Notes: generated by a model from the letters alone, not told the origin. A stretch of DNA of 64,000 nucleotides from Octopus vulgaris (GCA_951406725.2 OX597835.1:6758001-6822000); one strand, 5' to 3'; counted from the first letter of the stretch, positions 28,374 through 45,687 are shown. Program-made: numbers and translations.

Positions 28374-28886
28374 CTAGCAGTATCGTCCGGCGTTGCTCGG
28401 GTTTGTAAGGGAAATAACTATATAAGCATTTTTAGAGAGTTACTTCCCTTATAGATGCCAATTCGGGCTTTCTTAGCCATTTCTGTTTTGGTGTCTTCAA
28501 GCCATGAAGTCGTTGTTCTAAAAGAACGCTGGTCTCCTTGACAACGCTTTACGACGTTGATTTCCTTACACTGCCTTCCCCACAGCTTCACGAGGGAGGG
28601 AAGAAGGGGGAGAAGCAAATAGGTGCAGGTGTGACCATGGACGCCAACTCCGCCGCCATCGACACACGAAAAATTATGCATTAAAATGGAATAAAAAATT
28701 ATGTTAAATTATTTTTAAAATCGTAGACTCATCGTAGACGCGCGCTAATACTCAGACGGGCTCGATATGAATCACGACTATAAGATACCCGAATTTGGTT
28801 AAACTGCACCGCAAAATGTGGGAGTAGTTAGGAATCTAAATCGAAGGGGACAGACACTCACACAACTACAGTTTTATATATATAGA
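28374..28886 (-). mobile_element. Complete non-autonomous Helitron
   Basis: Minus strand reads A|TC ... subterminal hairpin (tccggcgttgctcggg on +) ... CTAG|T. AT target, no TSD. 3' end shared with the copy at 53999. Confidence 0.8.
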
Positions 28887-29469
28887 TTGTAATTGCATTT
28901 TGTCTGTAATTATATCTATGAGAAATGGCGAGAGGATCTAACGAAGAATTTATTTCAACAATTATTCGTAATGGCGCATTTTACACCTCAACATCTCACC
29001 CATGACCTAAAAGTATAAGTACGTGTTGATACAATTGTAGGGATTTTAAATTTAAAAAAAAATTCTTTAATTCCATTTCTATCATTTCTCTCTATATACA
29101 AATTCTACGTATACTATGGAAAGCCTGATCCATATCCAGTTGCAGGAGCATTTCCACTGTATGATTACATCAGGTAACCCATAACTCCGGACGAGCTTTG
29201 CATAGCATTCTACAAGATCTTTGCTCGAATATTAACTACATACATAAACACATACATACATACATACATACATACATTATACATACATACATACATACAT
29301 ACATACATACATACATACGTACATACATACATACATACATACATACATACATACACACATACACAGACATACATATATATATATGTATATTTATGCATAT
29401 GTGTGTATGTATACATATATATATATATATATATGATATAAATACATACATACATGTATGTGCGTATGT

Positions 29470-29512
<43 letters not shown>

Positions 29513-30699
29513 ATAAATACATACATACATGTATGTGTGTGTTTGCGTGTGGATGGTATAATCCCCGACTCTGCAGCTAAGGAAAAGTCCTCCCTTTTAT
29601 TTCCGCTCCTCTTGTCGAAAATAATCATATTATTTCTAAAAACGAGGACTTTATTGTGGAATGACATGCGACATGAAAGACCAGGTGCACAACACTTTTG
29701 AGATAAAGTACATCTTCGCAAAAATGGTGAAGAAATCTCTTATTTACATAACTTTTGGCTTTCCTTGATAGAATCTTAAATCTGACATTGCAATGACTTA
29801 AGCAAGATAAAAAATATAAACGTCGTTTCGAAAATTCTTTTTGCACCAAAAACTGATTCCAAATGACGTTATTTTTTTCTCTAAATTAAATTCGACCTCA
29901 TTTTTTGGTTCATTTTTCTGTGACATTTTTTTATATTCAAGCTTTTTTCATATCTTTTACTCTTTCCTGAGAAGATTAATGAAGACGTTTTAACAGCAAC
30001 AACAACAACAACAAAAACAAAAACTGCATGAAAAAACCAAAACGAAAAGAAAAAAAAACATTCATCTTAAAGAAATCACTTTAAGAATTCTAAAAATTTA
30101 AAAAAAAAGAAGAAAAGAAGTGAAAAATAAGGTTCATGAACTGAAAACAGTTTGAAAATTACATTCGATTGTAATCTGCAAAAAATAATTATGAAGCAAA
30201 ATGGTTCGAGAACGAAACTGGAACGAGAAGAAAGTAGATAATAGAAATAATGAGGATTCGTTTTTCTTTTATTTTATTTTATTTGTTTCAGTCATTTGAC
30301 TACGGCCATGCTGGAGTACCGCCTTTTTAGTCGAACAAATCAACCACAGGACTTATTCTTTGTAAGCCTGGTACTGGCGACTTTTTTTGCAATATGCGCT
30401 CTTCATTTCCTCCTTCAATACATATCCGAGTGGTCCGAAAAGGGGAGGGGTATGTCTTGGGGCAATTTTTGCTGTTGTTCTGTTGATAAAGTTTTGTTTT
30501 GGGTGATTCTGACACCGTTGCTTTTGCTGCTGTCTGGAATGTAAAAGACAGTGATGTTGGTGAGTTTTCCGTTCTGCTTGCCACCGTTGCTCCAACTGTT
30601 ATTGTTCTTGTTGCTATTGTTGCTACTGTTGTAGATACTACCGTAATTTTGTTGCTGTTACTGTTGTTGTTGTTTTTGCTTTGCTGCTGTAGCGGTCAC

Positions 30700-31126
30700 A
30701 TGCCACGCTGCTGCTCTTGTTGTTATTGCTTTTGTAATAGTCGTGTCGGCAGAAGTGGGCTTTTCTCCATTTAGCCCACACAGGTGATATCTCAACTTTC
30801 TGCCCTCAACGACCATATGAAGGCTAGTGCCATCTGACAAACGTATAATGTCCGGGATTGCTCCTACACTTCCTAATCCAACTGCACCCACATCTCCATG
30901 CCTCGACCCAACTAGTTTTGTTCTTGCAGTTTATGCACCTGTAGGATATTTGTTTTGTCCTCAGAAGGACAGCTGGCACCACCCAACAGATGTCTATTTC
31001 TGGTGGAACATATCCAATATAAATTCTTGCTACTCGATAACCCAGGTATATAGGTACCAGAACCAGTTCTTCGCTTCCCCCTCTGTAGAAAATCTCGCCT
31101 GTACTGTGAGGGAGAAGAGGAGTCAA
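30700..31126 (-). mobile_element. Possible LINE ORF1 (gag-like) remnant
   Basis: IPDIIRLSDGTSLHMVVEGRKLRYHLCG resembles the pre-zinc-knuckle segment of Tx1/L1-like ORF1. Frameshifted. Confidence 0.35.
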
Positions 31127-31317
31127 TAACAGCGGTCCCAGTGTTTCACTGGTACTTAATTTATCGACCCCGAAAGGATGAAAGCCATAGTCGACCGTGA
31201 TGGAATTTGAACTCAGAACGTAGCGACAGGCGAAATACCGCTAAGCATTTCGTCCAGAACGCTAACGATTCTGCCAGCTCGCCGTCTTAAATAATAATAG
31301 TAATGATGATGATGATG

Positions 31318-31384
<67 letters not shown>

Positions 31385-31397
31385 TAATAATGATAAA

Positions 31398-31459
<62 letters not shown>

Positions 31460-31705
31460 TAATAATAATAATAATAATATTTTCTACTGAAGGCACTAGG
31501 TCTGGAATTTTGAGGGGGTGATTATTCGATTACATCGATCTCAATATTTCATAGGTTTTGATTCATCGACCCCCGAAATGATGAAAGTAAAATTCGACCA
31601 CGGTGGAATAATTTGAACTCAGAACAAGAAGAACAGACGAAATGCTAAGCATTTCGCCCGGGGGTTGCTAACGATTCTTCCCAGCTCGCCGCCTTAATGA
31701 TGATA

Positions 31706-31749
<44 letters not shown>

Positions 31750-32146
31750 AATAATAACAACAACAACAACAACAACCACAATAGCAATAAATCTAATAAA
31801 AAAGAACGAAGAAACATAAGAACGAATAAGAAACAACGATGTTTACAAAACCTCTTCTTTACATGTTTTGAATAATAAGTTACTAAAATAGAAAAAAAAA
31901 ACACTTTTAATATAAAAACGTTATTATGAAGATTACCTTCGCTCCCACCCACCCACAAAAACAACAACGAATAAAAATATAGTTAAAATATGAAACTAAA
32001 AAAATAAAAGTATTATTGGCACGCAGTCCTTAAAATAAATGTATAACTGTAAATTTTCGTGGAAATAATTTCAAATTTAGAGCAATTTTAAGAAATTTTG
32101 GTGTTTACATACATAAATAGATACATATACATTCATGCACTCACAT

Positions 32147-32180
<34 letters not shown>

Positions 32181-32183
32181 GCA

Positions 32184-32220
<37 letters not shown>

Positions 32221-32353
32221 GTGCATACATAAATACATAGATGCCCATGTGTATATGTTTGCATATATATGTGTGTGCATATACACACATACATATACAT
32301 ATATAGATATATACATATATATACGTATATCTATACATCTATATCTATATCTA

Positions 32354-32490
<137 letters not shown>

Positions 32491-32507
32491 GTCTGTCTGT
32501 CTGTCTC

Positions 32508-32562
<55 letters not shown>

Positions 32563-33741
32563 TTACTCACACACACACGTGATTCGGTACTGAAATTCTT
32601 CCCCTTTTCCTATTTTGCGCGTTTGTTGGCGAGAAAGACAGGTGAATCGAAAAGAATCTGGGAACTCGTTCTGTTGGCATTAAAAGTAAAGCAAATTAAG
32701 ATAATTTACTGAGCAGCAAATTAGTCAAACCTGGATGTGAAACTAATTCAATATTGTTGTAAATTAATTTTGGAGTGAAAATCTAAAATTGAAATGAAGG
32801 GAAGGAATGAGGTTTAGTTGAAGAGAGAGAGGGAGAGAAAGAGAGAGAAGGAAGGGAGGGGAAAGAGGGAGGGAGAGAGGAATAGAGATGAAAGCAGAAA
32901 GGGTGGGTGGCAGTGAGAGAAAGGGAGAGAAAGAAAAAGGGAGAGAAAGAAAAAGGGAGAGAGGGTGAGGGAAGAGAGAGGGAAGCAGAAATGGAGGGAC
33001 GGAAAGACGAGGGGGAGGGATAGGGAGAGAGCGGGAGAGAGAGAGGGATGGAGGGGGAGAAAAGAGGAAGCGAGAGTGTGGGAGAGAGGGAGGAAGGGAG
33101 GAAGAGAGAGAAAGAGAGATTGAAAGACAGAGACAGATGGATAGACAGGGAGATAGATGGCTAGATAGATAAACAGTTAGATAGATAGAAAGAGAGACAA
33201 AGATGGAGGGAGAGAGAGAGAGAAAGCGAACTAAAAAGAAAGGATTGAATCTGGTAGTGGAGTCCCAGGTCAGCTGATCCAGCCGATCTATAGTAATAGA
33301 CGTTCCAACCGTGACCGTCTTATCATTGTTCGTACATAACATATCCAATTCGATATAATCTCGCGTGTCCTTCTTTTAAGTTATGACAGAAAGAGTTAAG
33401 AGAAGACTGTCAGCTATTTTTGTGCGGCTCCAGTAAGCAGCATGTCGTGCTGTGAAACTGTTAACGCTGAATAAAATAATTTCATCTCATAAGTAATGAA
33501 ATATAGCGATTCACACCGAGTTGGCAGAGCCGTTAGAGTGTTGGAAAGAATACCACATGCTATTTGCTCCCAGTCTATAGGTGCTCTGAGTTCAAATCCC
33601 ATAGAGGTCTAGTTTGACTTTCATCCGTTCAGGGGCCGATAGAAAAAAGTACCAGTAAATTTGTAGAATTGTTAAGCATTAAGGCGCAGGTGTGGCTAAG
33701 GCGAAGGCGTGGCTGTGTGGCACCTTGGGCAAGTATCTTCT

Positions 33742-33793
<52 letters not shown>

Positions 33794-33858
33794 ATTTTTA
33801 ATATTTGCATGGGTATTCTAAGATCCTTGTAGTAGTGTCTTCTGAGGTGGAAGCATTC

Positions 33859-33890
<32 letters not shown>

Positions 33891-34063
33891 CTAGCATTGC
33901 ATCCCAACATCGCCTGGGTGTTATTACCTACAGCCACAGTGTATTATATATACATACATACATATATATATATATTTGCTGCAATATTTGCAGCCTTAAT
34001 AAAGCTGGTCTTCGTATGAAACAATTGTACCGAAATACTGATCCATTTTTGTTGCTTTTTTCT

Positions 34064-34131
<68 letters not shown>

Positions 34132-35580
34132 GTATTTGATGGCCTATAGGATGCACTCGTGCATAGGACGCACCTAGCCAAGGCCATACTTTTGTAAAAT
34201 AAATTACTACTAAAATAATGTTTTAATTTCTCTACTTACCTGTATAGCTTTGTTATTACCGGTAATTATAAGCAATTTATTGCATCCACATTCGATACAA
34301 ACTTACCGTAAGCGATTGTTCACTAATGGATGGCAGGACACGTTTTGTAAACATACATACCGTTTTGAGCCTACATTGAGTGCATTGGATGCAGGGGGAT
34401 TTTTAAAACCATTTTTGGGTAAAAAAAAAGGTGCGTCTTATAGGCCATCACAAACGGTATACTTAATTTTCGAGTTCAAGCACAATGCATTCCGGCGTTG
34501 CCCGGGTCGTTGATGACCATAACTCCACGACCAACTGGTATTGCAAGACATGCCTCTGATAAGGAAAAATTGATTTGAAATCGTACGAATCAGTGAACAC
34601 GGTTTGCATCCCGACCACTGAAGGGACACCCGTTGTGGGCGGACCTTAATTTGTCCTCGCATAGATGCTCAGTGTTGTTGTTGTCTTCACTGAGGTTATC
34701 AGGTCAGACATTTGTTTTCCATCACATCATCTGCGTTATAGTACACGCTCTCTCACTGTGAAATTAGGGAGATTGTAGCAAAATCCTTAAGAACTTTGCG
34801 GCTTATGGAATGAATAATAGGCATGAATATATACTAATAACGATAAGAAACTTTGCATAAACTGGGTTGAATAAGGAGAAAGGTTTTAGTCATTGCTTCA
34901 TGTCTTTACCACACTTCAACGAATATAAACCCTTACTGTGCTTAATCCTTAGAGAAATTTTATTGAACTTAAATTTTATTGAACTTAAACCTGAAAACGC
35001 TACTTTGGCATTCCTGAGTCGTTTTACCAGAATCGATCACAATTATCCCAGAATACGGTTCAATAATAAATTTTCTGTTGAAATTAGGGCTTTGTGTAAA
35101 GAAATGGTATCACAATGCCTCAAAGATATTGTTTAATCAGGAAATACTGAAGACGTTTACAGTGGCAGTTTAGTTGTGGCACAAAGGCCGTTATTGACGG
35201 TAAATGTGTCAATAATTGTTCCAAAAAGGCATGTTTTTTGGTCATTTTCCGTTGACAAATAGAGTTTTGTGCATCACAAATGTACTCATAACACTCTTTG
35301 TACATTGCTGCATTTTTTGACACTGAATACATTAAAATTTGCAACGTAGATTGCAAGCAAATCCAAATATTGCCCGGAAATGACCTCAAAATTGTGCGAC
35401 CCGACCTCGTTTTCGAGTTTATTTTTATACTAAAAAAGCGTTGTTGTACAATAAAACATACTTCATTTGGTAGCCGAAAGATTACTAAATCTTTTGATAC
35501 CTCATACGTCAAAATCGGCAACTTACTTTTTGAATACATAAGAAATATACGCACCACACACAAGCTCTGTTTGAAATATA
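33891..35580 (-). mobile_element. Degenerate Helitron-like region with nested insertions
   Basis: CTAG plus hairpin cccaacatcgcctggg at 33891; second hairpin ccggcgttgcccggg near 34492; ends in tcaaaatcgg...acacac...atatata like the other Helitron copies. Confidence 0.4.
34130..34457. mobile_element. Tc1/mariner-pogo-type MITE
   Basis: About 27-bp imperfect TIRs ccgtatttgatggcctataggatgcac / gtgcgtcttataggccatcacaaacgg, flanked by TA on both sides. Confidence 0.75.
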
Positions 35581-35593
35581 TATATAACTATAT

Positions 35594-35625
<32 letters not shown>

Positions 35626-35640
35626 CACACACATATATAG

Positions 35641-35711
<71 letters not shown>

Positions 35712-36567
35712 TAAGTATATATATAATTGAAAAAAAATTAGAATCGCTGAGATTTATACTGTACTCTGCTATGTTCTTAACAGAATATGCCATAACTGTT
35801 ATATATACATATATATATTCCCCAAAAAACGAAGAACAACCACAAAAAAACAACTTGAGGACGTGGCGAATGTAAAGTATTAGCAGACGCCCAGGAAAGG
35901 AAAGAAAGTTGCTTTAACGTTACGAGCAATGCTTTTCTTCAGAAACAGAGCAAAGTCCAATAGAGAAGGGGAACGTAGGAAAACAATTCACCAACGATTC
36001 ACATGTGGTTACATTTTGAAATGGCCGTAAATGTACTCATATATATATAGATATGAGTAGTGTTTATCGCCACTTAAACGTAGGTGTTCTATAAGAACAG
36101 ACGGCACTGCTATTTTAGATCCAAGAGGACGCCTCCCCTTAGCTGATTATACGGTGCGATTCGTGCATGATATATATATAGCAACCAATGTAATTATTCT
36201 GCAAAAAATATTTTTCAACATTATTTATATACTTATGCATATCTCACACAAATACATACAATTTTGGAGCTGGAACAAGCAGGTGCACTTCAAGAGGACA
36301 CAGATAATAATCCTATTTGCCTCGAAAGAAGAAATACTCTACATCATTAGATATATTCAAAGAAAGTCGCAGGTGTTATACCGGCGTTTTTCTTCACTCA
36401 GGGAGCTAGCTACACAAAGACATGCGTTTAGCCAGCTTTGGACAATTATGTAATGTCAATCGAATGAATGCTATTGTAGTGAAGTTATATATATTGGACT
36501 TGAAGGATATATTAAGAAGCCGATCTCGAGAATTAGGAGGATATTTTCTTTCCTGCTTGCGTAGCTA

Positions 36568-36723
<156 letters not shown>

Positions 36724-36802
36724 ATCTATCTATCTATCTGTCTCCCTCTCTCTATCTGTCCGTGTCGCTTTGTCCGTGAATGTGTTTTTGTGAATGTATG
36801 TA

Positions 36803-36838
<36 letters not shown>

Positions 36839-37012
36839 TGTATGTATGTATGTATGTATGTATGTATGTATGTATGCATGCCTGCATGCATGTGTGCATG
36901 TATGTATGTATGTATGCATGTAAGTATGCATGTATGTATGTATGTATGTATGTATGTGTGTATGCATGTATGTATGTATGTATGTATGTATGTATGTATG
37001 TGTGTATGCATG

Positions 37013-37043
<31 letters not shown>

Positions 37044-37519
37044 GCATGTGTGCATATGTGTATGCATGCAAGCATGTATGTATGTATGTATGTATGTATG
37101 TATGTATGTATGTATGTATGTATGTGTGTATGTATGCATGTGTGCATGTGTGTATGCATGCATGCAAGTATGTATGTATGCATGTATGTATGTGTGTATG
37201 TGTGTATGTATGTATGTATCTATCTATCTTACTATCAGTCTTCTCTGTGTCCCTGTGTCTCTCTACATACATTTTACACAGACATTTATAGACACACGTA
37301 TATGCATATACATACACTCACATACACTCACACACACACAAACATACACACGTTCACGCACATATATATCTACCCCAGTACTTATCGACCCCAGCACTTA
37401 TTTCTAAGCCTAGTACTATCGATCTCTTTTCCCGGACTGCTAAGTTACCGGAACATAAACGTAGATACCGCTTGCCACACACACACACACACACACACAT
37501 AGAAAGACATATAAAAATA

Positions 37520-37675
37520 GACAGATGCATATAATAAATGGATAGATAGGTAGATCGATCGATAGATAGATAGACAGATAGAATGTGGTAGAGAAAGACA
37601 AAGCGAGAGAGAGTGAGATAGATAGATAGATAGATAGAGATAGATAGATAGATAGATAGATAGAGAGAGATAGAT

Positions 37676-37708
<33 letters not shown>

Positions 37709-37785
37709 TAGGTAGATCGATCGATCGATAGATAGATAGACAGATAGAAAGTGGTAGAGAAAGACAAAGCGAGAGAGAGAGAGTG

Positions 37786-37824
<39 letters not shown>

Positions 37825-38030
37825 GAGATATAGATAGATAGATAGATAGATAGAGATAGAGAGAGAGAGAGAGATAGGGAGATCGATCGATCGATAGATA
37901 GATAGATAGACAGATAGAAAGTGGTAGAGAAAGACAAAGCAAGAGAGAGAGTGAGATAGATAGATAGATAGAGATAGATAGATAGATAGAGATAGATAGA
38001 TAGATAGAAAGAGAGAGACAGAGAGAGAGA
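37520..38030. repeat. About 170-bp minisatellite (3 units) built on GATA/GA repeats
   Basis: gacagatagaa.gtggtagagaaagacaaagc recurs three times. Confidence 0.8.
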
Positions 38031-39038
38031 GTTGGGTACCTTCATATTGACCTACTACTGACGCTGCTACCCATCTTCAAACATGGACCGTCTGATAGAA
38101 CAGCCAGAAATTTGATTGATTGATGCCGCTGTAGATTCTACTCCTTCGAGGATGCAACTGTATCGACTGGAATATACATCATTTGAGGAAATTAATGAGG
38201 TCTTAGTTTTATATTACCACACCTGGATAAAAGCAGACGTTTTAAAATATTGCACTTTCAATAACTCATGCGGATTAAATACAAAAACAGCTAATTATAG
38301 AGCTAGATGCATAGCTTAGCTAGTTAGCTGCTAGCATGATATCAATTTGGTAATCAATATGGCGGTTTGTGTTGTATGAGAGTAGAAAATGATTAATATT
38401 TTAATCGTCTGCTAATAATGAATTTTTAAGATTTCATGTTTTGTTGGTAATTTTTCTGCTTATTTTTCTTTTGTAATTTAGAAAGTAATTTTTATTCTCG
38501 AGAAAAAAAAAATGTTCTCTATAGCATTCGATTTTAATCAAGAAATTGATACTTCTGGTTAAATATTGATAGAAAAGTAAACGAACAAACTCTTTTTTTT
38601 TTTAGTTAAATATTGACAGTAAAATATTGACAGGGTACATAACAAAAATTAGAAGTTATATTTAGATGTAAAACACGATTACGCAAATGGTATTTCGAAG
38701 GAAGCACACAAATAAGATTGTCAGATAAATTCGTTCGTTTTCCTTCCTCTCACCACCATTTTGTATAATTTAATCATTTCAAAATGTTATTTGAATCAAC
38801 CGGAAAGTTTCTTTTTATTATCGTGTTTCACGCCTTTCTTTTTGTAGCTACTATTCACTATTCTACTCTTTCTCTACAACTTTTGTTTATCCAGATTGAA
38901 ATTTGAATAATTTTTTTGTCTTTCTGAAATATATGTCGATAGAGTGTCAAGTAAGAACAAAAAAAAACAAAAACAAAAAAAAACAAAACAAAAACAAAAA
39001 GTAGCGAATAAATTTATCTGCCAGCCCTGTTTTGTGTG

Positions 39039-39076
<38 letters not shown>

Positions 39077-39077
<1 letters not shown>

Positions 39078-39268
39078 TTTATTTAAAGCAGCAGAAAATT
39101 CAACAAAACCTGTTACTCTGAGTTCCCCGTTGCCGATGAACGGCAACGGGAAACTCAGAGCAACAGGTTTTGTTGAATTTTCTGCTGCTTTAAATAAAGC
39201 ATATTACTCTACCACTGGTATTTGAGTACTCTTTTTTCCACCTTGTTTCACATTTATGTGTTTACTCC

Positions 39269-39270
<2 letters not shown>
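39077..39270 (+). mobile_element. Fold-back element in (TA)n: 59-bp arms plus 71-bp extension, hammerhead-like motif at the fold
   Basis: Arms 39077-39135 / 39141-39199 with 2 mismatches. CCGATGA-a-CG gcaa CG-g-GAAACTCAGAG spans the loop. Confidence 0.8.
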
Positions 39271-39310
<40 letters not shown>

Positions 39311-40121
39311 TGTGAGCATATGTATATGCATACATACGTATATGTATGTATATATTGATGATTCTAAAATATTGTTATATTGAAACATATGTAGAATATG
39401 TTTTTGGATATTTTGGGGTTATTTTGTTGATGCGCTTCCTCTTATACATGTTCCGGTTCCATTTATACTTATTCTTATTGGTATATCTTTTACTCTTTTA
39501 ATTTTAATTTGTATTCCTTATCTAATTGTAATACAAATAGAATCACCCAAGCATCTTTTTAATTTTTATACTCCATTTTATTGACTTCTTAATTAATTAA
39601 TTTAACATATATGTATATAAACGTCTTCTGAGAGGGCGCGCCAGATGTAAATGCGTGTGGTAAAAACGTTAGCACACCGGGTGCAATGCTTAGCGGTATT
39701 CCGTCTGCCGTTACATAGTGAGTTCAAATTCCGCCGAGGTCGACTTTACCTTTCATCCTTTCGGGGTCTATTAAATAAGTACCAGTTACGCACTGGGGTC
39801 GATGTAATCGACTTAATACCTATGTCTGTCCTTGTTTGTCCCCTCTATGTTTAGCCCCTTGTGGGTAATAAAGAAATAGGTATTTTTTGTTTCCAATCTT
39901 CAGTGAAAAAACCCCAGCTATAGTGGTGGTGGTGGTGTTGGTGGGTGGCGCTACTGTTACCTTACTTGGGAAGCAGATGTTGGCTGGCTGCAGGAAGATC
40001 ATCCAACCGTGAAAAAGAAAATCTGCTTCAATAAACTCACTCCGACCCATACAAGCATCTAAAAGAGCACGTTAAAACGAAGACAAAGTCGACGACGGCG
40101 ACAATGATGATGATGATGATG

Positions 40122-40186
<65 letters not shown>

Positions 40187-40222
40187 CCTTACCATTCTCT
40201 TGCTTCCATTTTTTTTTGCCAG

Positions 40223-40349
40223 GTATCCAGTTGACATTCTTTAGCTGTTTCAACATACGTTTGGAAAAAGTCGAAGACAAGTTCTGCGACGGTCAAGCCC
40301 AGCCTGATCCCAGTTACCACGAATGTACGCGTAAAGAATGTCCGGCACG
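40223..40349 (+). CDS. ADAMTSL2: ADAMTSL2-like exon 5 (rest of that TSP1 repeat)
   Basis: tttttgccag acceptor, gtaagt donor, phase 1-2. Encodes (G)IQLTFFSCFNIRLEKVEDKFCDGQAQPDPSYHECTRKECPA(R). Not in the ORF track. Confidence 0.9.
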
Positions 40350-40612
40350 GTAAGTATAGGAACATACAACCGCACGCACGCACGCTTACACACATATACA
40401 CGCACACACACACATACACACGCACACACATTGGATTCGGTACTTGCATACAAACAGTATTCTGCTAACATATTAAGTCTTCAATGTTGTTCATTTTACT
40501 GTGGGATCTCTATGTGATCATACCTAGCCATTTTTGGCGCTCTACGGATGAATGTGCCTTGATTCTTAAGAGTCCTCGTCACAAAATCATATTTATGATT
40601 TATGTATGTCTG

Positions 40613-40686
<74 letters not shown>

Positions 40687-40697
40687 CATCTATCTAC

Positions 40698-40790
<93 letters not shown>

Positions 40791-41752
40791 AACGGGTGTT
40801 GACAGCAAATGGATCTTTTTTTTATTTTTTATTTTATTTATTTATTTATTTATTTATTTATTTTTTGTTTTTTTTTTGTTCTTTTCTTCCCTTTTACGAT
40901 CCCTCTTGATCGAAAACCTACGCCACCCCCCTTTTTTTTCTTTTATTTTTTGTTTTTTTTCATCCCCCAAAAGAAAAGCTCTACCTTGTAACTTGTCCCA
41001 TCTGTGTGCAGCCCTGTGTGGCCAATAAAGAAACTTATCTACCTATATATCTATCTATCTATCTACTTATGTATGTATGTATGTATGTATGTATGTATGT
41101 ATGTATGTATGTATCTATCTATCTATCTATCTATCTATATACATAGAAACCGTCATGATATTAGCTTTTATTTTCAATTCAAAATTGGTTTCTCAAATAA
41201 TTTTATAACATATATAATGTATGTCCTGAAGTTATTACAGTTTCATCATTCAAAACTCTGCCTGAGTTTTTATTCTTATCTATTAAACCAATTTCCTGTT
41301 TCTTTCGAATACTTTCCATTTAAAACTTGATGAAATATCAATTTTAATTTCTAGAAAAATTGATTTTCCTGACATTTGCAGCAATGTTATTTCGTCTCAA
41401 AGGTATTTAACAAAATATAAAATAATATATTCTAACTTCGGTGTTAGTCTAATTTATGGTCTAACTCACAAGCTAAGAAGTGTAATGAAATTGAAATGAA
41501 AAGAAAATCATAAAACTGAAAAAAGGGAAGAAAGAAATAATGACTAGATGGTATTTCTGTAGATATAAACCATCAAGTGCAAAACGTAAAACAAGACTGT
41601 GCTAAATTGAAACTCGTAAAACGAAATAGGTGTGTAATACTTATTCAAATTGATAAATGACAAAGCAAATGAATGTTTCGACCAGGTGAGGCTGGGCATC
41701 TCTATTTAACAAGGTTCTTTGTGGCTTTTAATATAGTCATATAATATATAAC

Positions 41753-42080
41753 TGTGAGGGCGCGTGGCTTAGTGGTTAGGGCATTCGGCTCATGATCGTA
41801 AGGTTGTGAGTTCGATTCCCGGCGACGCGTTGTGTCCTTGAGCAAGACACTTTATTTCACGTTGCTCCAGTCCACTCAGCTGGCAAAAATGAGTTGTACT
41901 TGTATTTCAAAGGGTCAGCCTTGTCACTCTCTGTGTCACGCTGATTATCCCCGAGAACTACGTTAAGGGTACACGTGTCTGTGGAATGCTCAGCCATTTG
42001 CACGTTAATTTCACGAGCAAGCTGTTCCGTTGATCGTATCAGCTGGGACCCTCGTCGTCGTAACCGGCGGAGTCTTTTTA
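41753..42080 (+). mobile_element. tRNA-derived SINE (head B, tail type 2) with 12-bp TSD
   Basis: A box TGGCTTAGTGG, B box GAGTTCGATTCC. TSD ataatatataac at 41741-41752 and 42081-42092. Confidence 0.9.
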
Positions 42081-42321
42081 ATAATATATAACATATATAT
42101 CTTACACCTAATAAAATGAAATGTGTGTCTCGTCAGTCATGCTCATAAAAGAAGAGAAAAACAAACGGGGTTAGACCGAGTGACAGTGAGAAACGAGAAC
42201 TGTAGGCGAACTGTAGTAAAGAGATTTTCACTGAAAACGCTGGTATTTTAATCAAAATAATACTGCAAATTTTTATCGTAAATTGTAGTTCGTTTAACAT
42301 TTTCACACATAAATATATATA

Positions 42322-43570
42322 TATTTCTTTACTACCCACAAGGGGCTAAACATAGATGGGGACAAACAAGGACAGACAAAGGGATTAAGTCGATTACATC
42401 GACCCCAGTGCGAAACTGGTACTTAATTTATCGACCCCGAAAGGATGAAAGGCAAAGTCGACCTCGGCGGAATTTGAACTCAGAATGTAACGACAGACGA
42501 AATACTGATAAGCATTTCGCCCGGCGCGCTAACGGTTCTGCCAGCTCGCCGCCCTACACATAAATATATATAGGAAATTAAATATTCTTTTCTACTCTAG
42601 GCACAAGGTCCGAAATTTTGCGGGGGTGGGGTGGGGGGCTAGTCGATTAGATCGACCTCGGTACGCAGGTGGTACTTAATTTATCGACCCCGAAAGGATG
42701 AAAGGCAAAGTCGACCTCAGCGGAATTTGAACTCAAAACGTAGCGGCAGACGAAATACCTAGTTCTTTATTACCCACAAGGGGTTAAACATAGAGGGGAC
42801 AAACAAGGACAGACAACCGGATTAAGACGATTATATCGACCCCAGTGCGTAACTGGTACTTAATTTATCGACCCCGAAAATCAAAGTTGACCTCGACGCA
42901 ATTTGAACTCACAACGTAAAGACAAACAAAATACCTATTTCTTTATTACCCACAAGGGGCTAAACACAGAGGGAACAAACAAGGACAGACATAGGTATTA
43001 AGTCGATTAGATCGACCCCAGTTCGTAACTGGTACTTAATTTATCGACCCCGAAAGGATGAAAAGCAAAGTCGACCTCAGCGGAATTTGAACTCAAAACG
43101 TAGCGGCAGGCGGAACACCTATTTCTTTATTACCCACAAGGGGTTAAACATAGAGGGGACAAACAAGGACAGACAACCGGATTAAGACGATTATATCGAC
43201 CCCAGTGCGTAACTGGTACTTAATTTATCGACCCCGAAAGTCAAAGTTGACCTCGACGCAATTTGAACTCACAACGTAAAGACAAACAAAATACCTATTT
43301 CTTTACTACCCACAAGGGGTTAAACATAGAGGGGACAAACAAGGACAGACAACCGGATTAAGACGATTATATCAACCCCGGTGCGTAACTGGTACTTAAT
43401 TTATCGACCCCGAAAGTCAAAGTTGACCTCGGCGCAAGGCACACGGCCTGTATTCGCGGGGAGGGGACTAGTCGATTACATTGATCCCAGTATTTCACTG
43501 GTACTTAATTTATTGACCTCGAAAGGATGAAAGGCAAAGTCGACCTCGATGGTACTTGAACTCAGAACGT
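42322..43570 (-). repeat. SINE with 17-bp TSD (42322-42555) followed by a tandem array of about 180-bp SINE-derived units
   Basis: TSD acacataaatatatata at 42305-42321 and 42556-42572. Array has a 360-nt higher-order period (42721 vs 43081, 42781 vs 43141). Confidence 0.85.
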
Positions 43571-43646
43571 GCTTGCCATTCATGCTGCCTTCATGAAATT
43601 AAATACTACACTTCTTTGTTTTCAAGATATTATTGTTCACATAGCG

Positions 43647-43678
<32 letters not shown>

Positions 43679-43750
43679 TGTATGTATGTATGTATGTATG
43701 TATGTATGTATGTATGTATGTATGTTTGTATGTATGTATGTATGTATCTA

Positions 43751-43824
<74 letters not shown>

Positions 43825-43837
43825 CATATAAATATAA

Positions 43838-45687
<1,850 letters not shown>

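Noticed and set aside
41753-41830. tRNA-like sequence with A and B boxes
   Set aside because: It is a SINE head continuing into a repeated body bounded by TSDs, not a tRNA gene. The same applies to the other SINE heads.
42322-43570. Regularly spaced repeats superficially like a CRISPR array
   Set aside because: Units are about 180-bp SINE bodies without unique spacers; eukaryotic context and no cas genes.
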